From: Eledone cirrhosa
Taxonomy: Eukaryota
Assembly: GCA_964016885.1 (NCBI GenBank)
Contig: OZ024742.1
Location: 146,444,001-146,508,000 of the forward strand
DNA length: 64,000 nt
Reading direction: 5' to 3'
A program made the position numbers and the translations under genes. A model generated the notes under the pieces. The model was given only the letters and a program-made list of their open reading frames with translations. It was not told where the DNA came from and did no database searches. Shown here piece after piece: positions 21,701-33,700 of the stretch. Numbering within the stretch: position 1 is the stretch's first letter; each line of letters starts with the position of its first letter.

Positions 21701-24700
21701 CCTTCTCATAGGGCTTAAAAGCAGTCATCATTCCCTTCCCAGAGGGCTTAGAAGCAGTCATCATTTCCCTCTCATAGGGCTTAGAAGCAGTCATCATTCC
21801 CCTCTCATAGGGCTTAGAAGCAGTCATCATTCCCCTCACATAGGGCTTAGAAGCTGTCATCATTCCCTTCTCATATGGCTTAGAAGCCGTCTTCTTTCCC
21901 TTCTCATAGGGCTTAGAAGCAGTAATCTTTCCCCTCTCATAGGGCTTAGAAGCAGTCATCGTTCCTATCTCATAGGGCTTAGAAGCCATCATCTTTCCCC
22001 TCTCATAGGGCTTAGAAGCAGTCATCTTTCCCTTCTCATAGGGCTTAGAAGCAGTCAAGTTTCCCCTCTCATAGAGCTTAGAAGCCATCATCTTTCCCCT
22101 CTCATAGGGCTTAGAAGCAGTCATCTTTCCCTTCTCATAGGGCTTAGAAGCAGTCATCTTTTCTTCTCATAGGGCTTAGAAGCCATCATCTTTCCCCTCT
22201 CATAGGGCTTAGAAGCCATCATCTTTCCCCTCTCATAGGGCTTAGAAGCTGTCATCATTCCCTTCTCATAGGCCTTAGAAGCCATCATTTTCCCCTCTCA
22301 TAGGGCTTAGAAGTAGTCATCTTTCCCCTCTCATAGGGCTTAGAAGCCATCATGTTTCCCCTCTCATAGGGCTTAGAAGCCATCATCTTTCCCTTCTCAT
22401 AGGGCTTAGAAGCAGTCATCATTCCCTTCTCATAGGCCTTAGAAGCAGTCATCATTCCCTTCTCATAGGCCTCAGAAGCCATCATGTTTCCCCTCTCATA
22501 GGGCTTAGAAGCCATCATCTTTCCCTTCTCATAGGGCTTAGAAGCAGTCATCATTCCCTTCTCACAGGGCTTAGAAGCCATCATCTTTCCCTTCTCATAA
22601 GGCTTAGAAGCAGTCATCTTTCCCTTCTCATAGGGCTTAGAAGCAGTCATGTTTCCCTTCTCATAGGGCTTAGAAGCCGTCATCTTTCCCTTCTCATAGG
22701 GCTTAGAAGCAGTCATCTTTCCCTTCTCATAGGGCTTAGAAGCAGTCATCTTTCCCTTCTCACAGGGCTTAGAAACTGTCATCTTTCCCTTCTCATAGGG
22801 CTTAGAAGCAGTCATCTTTCCCTTCTCATAGAGCTTAGAAGCTGTCATCATTCCCTTCTCATAGGGCTTAGAAGCCATCATCTTTCCCCTTTCATATGGC
22901 TTAGAAGCCGTCATCTTTCCCTTCTCATAGGGCTTAGAAGCAGTCATCATTCCCTTCTCACAGGGCTTAGAAGCCATCATCTTTCCCTTCTCATAAGGCT
23001 TAGAAGCAGTCATCTTTCCCTTCTCATATGGCTTAGAAGCAGTCATGTTTCCCTTCTCATAGGGCTTAGAAGCCGTCATCTTTCCCTTCTCATAGGGCTT
23101 AGAAGCAGTCATCTTTCCCTTCTCATAGAGCTTAGAAGCAGTCATCTTTCCCTTCTCACAGGGCTTAGAAACTGTAATCTTTCCCTTCTCATAGGGCTTA
23201 GAAGCAGTCATCTTTCCCTTCTCATAGAGCTTAGAAGCTGTCATCATTCCCTTCTCATAGGGCTTAGAAGCCATCATCTTTCCCCTCTCATAGGGCTTAG
23301 AAGCCGTCATCTTTCCCTTCTCATAGGGCTTAGAAGCAGTCATCTTTCCCCTCTCATAGGGCTTAGAAGCAGTCATCTTTCCCCTCTCATAGGGCTTAGA
23401 AGCAGTCATCTTTCCCCTCTCATAGGGCTTAGAAGCCATCATCTTTACCTTCTCATAGGGCTTAGAAGCAGTCATCATTCCCTTCTCATAGGCCTTAGAA
23501 GCAGTCATCATTCCCTTCTCATAGGCCTTAGAAGCCATCATGTTTCCCCTCTCATAGGGCTTAGAAGCCATCATCTTTCCCTTCTCATAGGGCTTAGAAG
23601 CAGTCATCTTTCCCTTCTCATAGGGCTTAGAAGCAGTCATCTTTCCCTTCTCATAGGGCTTAGAAGCTGTCATCTTTCCCTTCTCATAGGGCTTAGAAGC
23701 AGTCATCTTTCCCTTCTCATAGGGCTTAGAAGCAGTCATCTTTCCCTTCTCACAGGGCTTAGAAACTGTCATCTTTCCCTTCTCATAGGGCTTAGAAGCA
23801 GTCATCTTTCCCTTCTCATAGGGCTTAGAAGCAGTCATCTTTCCCCTCTTATAGGGCTTAGAAGCCATCATCTTTCCCCTCTCATAGGGCTTAGAAGCAG
23901 TCATCTTTCCCTTCTCATAGGGCTTAGAAGCAGTCATCATTCCCTTCTCATAGGCCTTAAAAGCAGTCATCATTCCCTTCTCATAGGCCTTAGAAGCCAT
24001 CATGTTTCCCCTCTCATAGGGCTTAGAAGCCATCATCATTCCCTTCTCATAGGGCTTAGAAGCCATCATCTTTCCCTTCTCATAAGGCTTAGAAGCAGTC
24101 ATCTTTCCCTTCTCATAGGGCTTAGAAGCAGTCATCTTTCCCTTCTCATAGGGCTTAGAAGCTGTCATCTTTCCCTTCTCATAGGGCTTAGAAGCCATCA
24201 TCTTTCTCCTCTCATAGGGCTTAGAAGCAGTCATCTTTCCCTTCTCATAGGGCTTAGAAGCAGTCAAGTTTCCCCTCTCATAGAGCTTAGAAGCCATCAT
24301 CTTTCCCCTCTCATAGGGCTTAGAAGCAGTCATCTTTCCCTTCTCATAGGGCTTAGAAGCAGTCATCTTTCCCTTCTCATAGGGCTTAGAAGCCGTCATA
24401 TTTCCCTTCTCATAGGGCTTAGAAGCAGTCATCTTTCCCTTCTCATAGGGCTTAGAAGCTGTCATCATTCCCTTCTCATAGGCCTTAGAAGCCATCATTT
24501 TCCCCTCTCATAGGGCTTAGAAGTAGTCATCTTTCCCCTCTCATAGGGCTTAGAAGCCATCATTTTTCCCCTCTCATAGGGCTTAGAAGCCATCATCTTT
24601 CCCTTCTCATAGGGCTTAGAAGCAGTCATCATTCCCTTCTCATAGGCCTTAGAAGTAGTCATCATTCCCTTCTCATAGGCCTCAGAAGCCATCATGTTTC

Positions 24701-27700
24701 CCCTCTCATAGGGCTTAGAAGCCATCATCTTTCCCTTCTCATAGGGCTTAGAAGCAGTCATCATTCCCTTCTCACAGGGCTTAGAAGCCATCATCTTTCC
24801 CTTCTCATAAGGCTTAGAAGCAGTCATCTTTCCCTTCTCATAGGGCTTTGAAGCAGTCATGTTTCCCTTCTCATAGGGCTTAGAAGCCGTCATATTTCCC
24901 TTCTCATAGGGCTTAGAAGCAGTCATCTTTCCCTTCTCATAGGGCTTAGAAGCAGTCATCTTTCCCTTCTCACAGGGCTTAGAAACTGTCATCTTTCCCT
25001 TCTCATAGGGCTTAGAAGCAGTCATCTTTCCCTTCTCATAGGGCTTAGAAGCAGTCATCTTTCCCCTCTTATAGGGCTTAGAAGCCATCATCTTTCCCCT
25101 CTCAAAGGGCTTAGAAGCAGTCATCTTTCCCTTCTCATAGGGCTTAGAAGCAGTCATCATTCCCTTCTCATAGGCCTTAGAAGCAGTCATCATTCCCTTC
25201 TCATAGGCCTTAGAAGCCATCTTGTTTCCCCTCTCATAGGGCTTAGAAGCCATCATCATTCCCTTCTCATAGGGCTTAGAAGCCATCATCTTTCCCTTCT
25301 CATAAGGCTTAGAAGCAGTCATCTTTCCCTTCTCATAGGGCTTAGAAGCAGTCATCTTTCCCTTCTCATAGGGCTTAGAAGCTGTCATCTTTCCCTTCTC
25401 ATAGGGCTTAGAAGCAGTCATCTTTCCCTTCTCATAGGGCTTAGAAGCAGTCATCCTTCCCTTCTCACAGTGCTTAGAAACTGTCATCTTTCCCTTCTCA
25501 TAGGGCTTAGAAGCAGTCATCTGTCCCCTCTTACAGGGCTTAGAAGCCATCATCTTTCCCCTCTCATAGGGCTTAGAAGCCATCATCATTCTCTTCTCAT
25601 AGGGCTTAGAAGCAGTCATCTTTCCCCTCTCATAAGGCTTAGAAGCTATCATCTTTCCCCTCTCATAGGGCTTAGAAGCTGTCATCTTTCCCTTCTCATA
25701 GGGCTTAGAAGCTGTCATCTTTCCCCTCTCATAGGGCTTAGAAGCCATCATCCTTCCCTTCTCATAGGGCTTAGAAGCCATCATCTTTCCCTTCTCATAT
25801 AGCTTAGAAGCCTTCATCATTCCCTTCTCATAGGGCTTAGAAGCAGTCATATTTCCCTTCTCATAGGGCTTAAAAGCAGTCATCATTCCCTTCTCAGAGG
25901 GCTTAGAAGCAGTCATCATTTCCCTCTCATAGGGCTTAGAAGCAGTCATCATTCCCCTCTCATAGGGCTTAGAAGCAGTCATCATTCCCCTCACATAGGG
26001 CTTAGAAGCTGTCATCATTCCCTTCTCATATGGCTTAGAAGCCGTCATCTTTCCCTTCTCATAGGGCTTAGAAGCAGTAATCTTTCCCCTCTCATAGGGC
26101 TTAGAAGCAGTCATCGTTCCTATCTCATAGGGCTTAGAAGCCATCATCTTTCCCCTCTCATAGGGCTTAGAAGCAGTCATCTTTCCCTTCTCATAGGGCT
26201 TAGAAGCAGTCAAGTTTCCCCTCTCATAGAGCTTAGAAGCCATCATCTTTCCCCTCTCATAGGGCTTAGAAGCAGTCATCTTTCCCTTCTCATAGGGCTT
26301 AGAAGCAGTCATCTTTCCCTTCTCATAGGGCTTAGAAGCCATCATCTTTCCCCTCTCATAGGGCTTAGAAGCCATCATCTTTCCCCTCTCATAGGGCTTA
26401 GAAGCTGTCATCATTCCCTTCTCATAGGCCTTAGAAGCCATCATTTTCCCCTCTCATAGGGCTTAGAAGTAGTCATCTTTCCCCTCTCATAGGGCTTAGA
26501 AGCCATCATGTTTCCCCTCTCATAGGGCTTAGAAGCCATCATCTTTCCCTTCTCATAGGGCTTAGAAGCAGTCATCATTCCCTTCTCATAGGCCTTAGAA
26601 GCAGTCATCATTCCCTTCTCATAGGCCTCAGAAGCCATCATGTTTCCCCTCTCATAGGGCTTAGAAGCCATCATCTTTCCCTTCTCATAGGGCTTAGAAG
26701 CAGTCATCATTCCCTTCTCACAGGGCTTAGAAGCCATCATCTTTCCCTTCTCATAAGGCTTAGAAGCAGTCATCTTTCCCTTCTCATAGGGCTTAGAAGC
26801 AGTCATGTTTCCCTTCTCATAGGGCTTAGAAGCCGTCATCTTTCCCTTCTCATAGGGCTTAGAAGCAGTCATCTTTCCCTTCTCATAGGGCTTAGAAGCA
26901 GTCATCTTTCCCTCCTCACAGGGCTTAGAAACTGTCATCTTTCCCTTCTCATAGGGCTTAGAAGCAGTCATCTTTCCCTTCTCATAGAGCTTAGAAGCTG
27001 TCATCATTCCCTTCTCATAGGGCTTAGAAGCCATCATCTTTCCCCTCTCATAGGGCTTAGAAGCCGTCATCTTTCCCTTCTCATAGGGCTTAGAAGCAGT
27101 CATCATTCCCTTCTCACAGGGCTTAGAAGCCATCATCTTTCCCTTCTCATAAGGCTTAGAAGCAGTCATCTTTCCCTTCTCATATGGCTTAGAAGCAGTC
27201 ATGTTTCCCTTCTCATAGGGCTTAGAAGCCGTCATCTTTCCCTTCTCATAGGGCTTAGAAGCAGTCATCTTTCCCTTCTCATAGAGCTTAGAAGCAGTCA
27301 TCTTTCCCTTCTCACAGGGCTTAGAAACTGTAATCTTTCCCTTCTCATAGGGCTTAGAAGCAGTCATCTTTCCCTTCTAATAGAGCTTAGAAGCTGTCAT
27401 CATTCCCTTCTCATAGGGCTTAGAAGCCATCATCTTTCCCCTCTCATAGGGCTTAGAAGCCGTCATCTTTCCCTTCTCATAGGGCTTAGAAGCAGTCATC
27501 TTTCCCCTCTCATAGGGCTTAGAAGCAGTCATCTTTCCCCTCTCATAGGGCTTAGAAGCAGTCATCTTTCCCCTCTCATAGGGCTTAGAAGCCATCATCT
27601 TTACCTTCTCATAGGGCTTAGAAGCAGTCATCATTCCCTTCTCATAGGCCTTAGAAGCAGTCATCATTCCCTTCTCATAGGCCTTAGAAGCCATCATGTT

Positions 27701-30700
27701 TCCCCTCTCATAGGGCTTAGAAGCCATCATCTTTCCCTTCTCATAGGGCTTAGAAGCAGTCATCTTTCCCTTCTCATAGGGCTTAGAAGCAGTCATCTTT
27801 CCCTTCTCATAGGGCTTAGAAGCTGTCATCTTTCCCTTCTCATAGGGCTTAGAAGCAGTCATCTTTCCCTTCTCATAGGGCTTAGAAGCAGTCATCTTTC
27901 CCTTCTCACAGGGCTTAGAAACTGTCATCTTTCCCTTCTCATAGGGCTTAGAAGCAGTCATCTTTCCCTTCTCATAGGGCTTAGAAGCAGTCATCTTTCC
28001 CCTCTTATAGGGCTTAGAAGCCATCATCTTTCCCCTCTCATAGGGCTTAGAAGCAGTCATCTTTCCCTTCTCATAGGGCTTAGAAGCAGTCATCATTCCC
28101 TTCTCATAGGCCTTAAAAGCAGTCATCATTCCCTTCTCATAGGCCTTAGAAGCCATCATGTTTCCCCTCTCATAGGGCTTAGAAGCCATCATCATTCCCT
28201 TCTCATAGGGCTTAGAAGCCATCATCTTTCCCTTCTCATAAGGCTTAGAGGCAGTCATCTTTCCCTTCTCATAGGGCTTAGAAGCAGTCATCTTTCCCTT
28301 CTCATAGGGCTTAGAAGCTGTCATCTTTCCCTTCTCATAGGGCTTAGAAGCCATCATCTTTCTCCTCTCATAGGGCTTAGAAGCAGTCATCTTTCCCTTC
28401 TCATAGGGCTTAGAAGCAGTCAAGTTTCCCCTCTCATAGAGCTTAGAAGCCATCATCTTTCCCCTCTCATAGGGCTTAGAAGCAGTCATCTTTCCCTTCT
28501 CATAGGGCTTAGAAGCAGTCATCTTTCCCTTCTCATAGGGCTTAGAAGCCGTCATATTTCCCTTCTCATAGGGCTTAGAAGCAGTCATCTTTCCCTTCTC
28601 ATAGGGCTTAGAAGCTGTCATCATTCCCTTCTCATAGGCCTTAGAAGCCATCATTTTCCCCTCTCATAGGGCTTAGAAGTAGTCATCTTTCCCCTCTCAT
28701 AGGGCTTAGAAGCCATCATTTTTCCCCTCTCATAGGGCTTAGAAGCCATCATCTTTCCCTTCTCATAGGGCTTAGAAGCAGTCATCATTCCCTTCTCATA
28801 GGCCTTAGAAGCAGTCATCATTCCCTTCTCATAGGCCTCAGAAGCCATCATGTTTCCCCTCTCATAGGGCTTAGAAGCCATCATCTTTCCCTTCTCATAG
28901 GGCTTAGAAGCAGTCATCATTCCCTTCTCACAGGGCTTAGAAGCCATCATCTTTCCCTTCTCATAAGGCTTAGAAGCAGTCATCTTTCCCTTCTCATAGG
29001 GCTTTGAAGCAGTCATGTTTCCCTTCTCATAGGGCTTAGAAGCCGTCATATTTCCCTTCTCATAGGGCTTAGAAGCAGTCATCTTTCCCTTCTCATAGGG
29101 CTTAGAAGCAGTCATCTTTCCCTTCTCACAGGGCTTAGAAACTGTCATCTTTCCCTTCTCATAGGGCTTAGAAGCAGTCATCTTTCCCTTCTCATAGGGC
29201 TTAGAAGCAGTCATCTTTCCCCTCTTATAGGGCTTAGAAGCCATCATCTTTCCCCTCTCATAGGGCTTAGAAGCCATCATCATTCTCTTCTCATAGGGCT
29301 TAGAAGCAGTCATCTTTCCCCTCTCATAGGGCTTAGAAGCTATCATCTTTCCCCTCTCATAGGGCTTAGAAGCTGTCATCTTTCCCTTCTCATAGGGCTT
29401 AGAAGCTGTCATCTTTCCCCTCTCATAGGGCGTAGAAGCCATCATCATTCCCTTCTCATAGGGCTTAGAAGCCATCATCTTTCCCTTCTCATAGAGCTTA
29501 GAAGCAGTCATCATTCCCTTCTCATAGGGCTTAGAAGCAGTCATCTTTCCCTTCTCATAGGGCTTAGAAGCAGTCATCTTTCCCTTCTCATAGGGCTTAG
29601 AAGCAGTCATCATTTCCCTCTCATAGGGCTTAGAAGCAGTCATCATTCCCCTCTGATAGGGCTTAGAAGCTGTCATCATTCCCTTCTCATAGGGCTTAGA
29701 AGCCATCATGTTTCCCTTCTCATAGGGCTTAGAAGCAGTCATCATTCCCTTCTCATAGGGCTTAGAAGCCATCATCTTTCCCTTCTCATAGGGCTTAGAA
29801 GCAGTCATCATTCCCTTCTCATAGGGCTTAGAAGCTGTCATCATTCCCTTCTCATAGGGCTTAGAAGCCATCATCTTTCCCCTCTCATAGGGCTTAGAAG
29901 CCATCATCTTTCCCCTCTCATAGGGCTTAGAAGCTGTCATCATTCCCTTCTCATAGGCCTTAGAAGCCATCATATTTCCCCTCTCATAGGGCTTAGAAGT
30001 AGTCATCTTTCCCCTCTCATAGGGCTTAGAAGCCATCATGTTTCCCCTCTCATAGGGCTTAGAAGCCATCATCTTTCCCTTCTCATAGGGCTTAGAAGCA
30101 GTCATCATTCCCTTCTCATAGGCCTTAGAAGCAGTCATCATTCCCTTCTCATAGGCCTTAGAAGCCATCATGTTTCCCCTCTCATGGGGCTTAGAAGCCA
30201 TCATCTTTCCCTTCTCATAGGGCTTAGAAGCAGTCATCATTCCCTTCTCACAGTGCTTAGAAGCCATCATCTTTCCCTTCTCATAAGGCTTAGAAGCAGT
30301 CATCTTTCCCTTCTCATAGGGCTTAGAAGCAGTCATCATTCCCCTCTTATAGGGCTTAGAAGCAGTCATCTTTCCCTTCTCATAGGGCTTAGAAGCAGTC
30401 ATCTTTCCCTTCTCATAGGGCTTAGAAGCTGTCATCTTTCCCTTCTCATAGGGCTTAGAAGCAGTCATCATTCCCCTCTTATAGGGCTTAGAAGCAGTCA
30501 TCTTTCCCTTCTCATAGGGCTTAGAAGCAGTCATCTTTCCCTTCTCATAGGGCTTAGAAGCAGTCATCTTTCCCTTCTCACAGGGCTTAGAAACTGTCAT
30601 CTTTCCCTTCTCATAGGGCTTAGAAGCAGTCATCTTTCCCCTCTCATAGGGCTTAGAAGCCATCATCTTTCCCCTCTCATAGGGCTTAGAAGCCATCATC

Positions 30701-33700
30701 TTTCCCCTCTAATAGGGCTTAGAAGCAGTCATATTTCCCTTCTAATAGGGCTTCGAAGCCATAATCTTTCCCTTCTCATAGGGCTTAGAAGCAGTCATCA
30801 TTCCCTTCTCATAGGGCTTAGAAGCTGTCATCATTCCCTTCTCATAGGGCTTAGAAGCCATCATCTTTCCCCTCTCATAGGGCTTAGAAGCCATCATCTT
30901 TCCCCTCTCATAGGGCTTAGAAGCTGTCATCATTCCCTTCTGATAGGGCTTAGAAGCTGTCATCATTCCCCTCTCATAGGGCTTAAAAGCTGTCATCATT
31001 CCCCTCTCATTGGCTTAGAAGCTGTCATTATTCCCTTCTCATAGGGCTTAGAAGCAGTCATCTTCCGCTTCTCATAGAGCTTAGAAGCTGTCATCATTCC
31101 CTTCTCATAGGGCTTAGAAGCCATCATCTTTCCCTTCTCATAGGGCTTAGAAGCAGTCATCTTTCCCTTCTCATAGAGCTTAGAAGCTGTCATCATTCCC
31201 TTCTCATAGGGCTTAGAAGCCATCATCTTTCCCTTCTCATAGGGCTTAGAAGCTGTCATCTTTCCCTTCTCATAGGGCTTAGAAGCAGTCATCTTTACCT
31301 TCTCATAGGGCTTAGAAGCCATCATCTTTCCCTTCTCATAGGGCTTAGAAGCAGTCATCTTTACCTTCTTATAGAGCTTAGAAGCTGTCATCATTCCCTT
31401 CTCATAGGGCTTAGAAGCCATCATCTTTCCCCTCTCATAGGGCTTAGAAGCCGTCATTTTCCCTTCTCATAGGGCTTAGAAGCAGTCATCTTTCCCCTCT
31501 CATAGGGCTTAGAAGCCATCATCTTTCCCCTCTCATAGGCCTTAGAAGCCATCATATTTCCCCTCTCATAGGGCTTAGAACTAGTCATCTTTCCCCTCTC
31601 ATAGGGCTTAGAAGCAGTCATCTTTCCATTCTCACAGGGCTTAGAAACTGTCATCTTTCCCTTCTCATAGGGCTTAGAAGCAGTCATCTTTCCCTTCTCA
31701 TAGGGCTTAGAAGCAGTCATCTTTCCCCTCTTATTGGGCTTAGAAGCCATCATCTTTCCCCTCTCATAGAGCTTAGAAGCCATCATCATTCTCTTCTCAT
31801 AGGGCTTAGAAGCAGTCATCTTTCACCTCTCATAGGGCTTAGAAGCTATCATCTTTCCCCTCTCATAGGGCTAAGAAGCTGTCATCTTTCCCTTCTCATA
31901 GGGCTTAGAAGCTGTCATCTTTCCCCTCTCATAGGGCTTAGAAGCCATCATCATTCCCTTCTCATAGGGCTTAGAAGCCATCATCTTTCCCTTCTCATAG
32001 AGCTTAGAAGCAGTCATCATTCCCTTCTCATAGGGCTTAGAAGCAGTCATCTTTCCCTTCTCATAGGGCTTAGAAGCAGTCAACATTCCCTTCTCATAGG
32101 GCTTAGAAGCAGTTATCATTTCCCTCTCATAGGGCTTAGAAGCCATCATCATTCTCTTCTCATAGGGCTTACAAGCAGTCATCTTTCCCCTATCATAGAG
32201 CTTAGAAGCTATCATCTTTCCCCTCTCATAGGGCTTAGAAGCTGTCATCATTCCCTTCTCATAGGGCTTAGAAGCCATCATCTTTCCCTTCTCATAGGGC
32301 TTAGAAGCCATCATCTTTCCCTTCTCATAGGGCTTAGAAGCAGTCATCATTCCCTTCTCATAGGGCTTAGAAGCAGTCATCTTTCCCTTCTCATAGGGCT
32401 TAGAAGCAGTCATCTTTCCCTTCTCATAGGGCTTAGCAGCAGTCATCATTCCCTTGTCATAGGGCTTAGAAGCAGTCATCTTTCCCTTCTCATAGGGCTT
32501 AGAAGCAGTCATCATTCCCTTCTCATAGGGCTTAGAAGCCATCATCTTTCCCTTCTCATAGGGCTTAGAAGCAGTCATCATTCCCTTCTCATAGGGCTTA
32601 GAAGCAGTCATCATTCCCTTCTCATAGGGCTTAGAAGCCATCATCTTTCCCTTCTCATAGGGCTTAGAAGCCATCATCTTTCCCTTCTCATAGGGCTTAG
32701 AAGCCATCATCTTTCTCTTCTCATAGGGCTTAGAAGCCATCATCTTTCCCCTCTCATAGGGCTTAGAAGCCATCATCTTTCCCTTCTCATAGGGCTTAGA
32801 AGCAGTCATCTTTCCCTTCTCATAGGGCTTAGAAGCAGTCATCTTTCCCTTCTCATAGGGCTTAGCAGCAGTCATCATTCCCTTCTCATAGGGCTTAGAA
32901 GCAGTCATCTTTTCCTTCTCATAGGGCTTAGAAGCAGTCATCATTCCCTTCTCATAGGGCTTAGAAGCCATCATCTTTCCCTTCTCATAGGGCTTAGAAG
33001 CAGTCATCATTCCCTTTTGATAGGGCTTAGAAGCTGTCATCATTCCCCTCTCATAGGGCTTAGAAGCTGTCATCATTCCCCTCTCATAGGCTTAGAAGCT
33101 GTCATTATTCCCTTCTCATAGGGCTTAGAAGCAGTCATCATTCCCTTTTGATAGGGCTTAGAAGCTGTCATCATTCCCCTCTCATAGGGCTTAGAAGCAG
33201 TCATCTTCCGCTTCTCATAGAGCTTAGAAGCTGTCATCATTCCCTTCTCATAGGGCTTAGAAGCCATCATCTTTCCCTTCTCATAGGGCTTAGAAGCAGT
33301 CATCTTTCCCTTCTCATAGAGCTTAGAAGCTGTCATCATTCCCTTCTCATAGGGCTTAGAAGCCATCATCTTTCCCTTCTCATAGGGCTTAGAAGCAGTC
33401 ATCTTTCCCTTCTCATAGAGCTTAGAAGCTGTCATCATTCCCTTCTCATAGGGCTTAGAAGCCATCATCTTTCCCCTCTCATAGGGCTTAGAAGCCGTCA
33501 TTTTCCCTTCTCATAGGGCTTAGAAGCAGTCATCTTTCCCCTCTCATAGGGCTTAGAAGCAGTCATCTTTCCCCTCTCATAGAGCTTAGAAGCCATCATC
33601 TTTCCCCTCTCATAGGGCTTAGAAGCCATCATCTTTCCCCTCTAATAGGGCTTAGAAGCTGTCATCATTCCCTTCTCATAGGCCTTAGAAGCCATCATGT

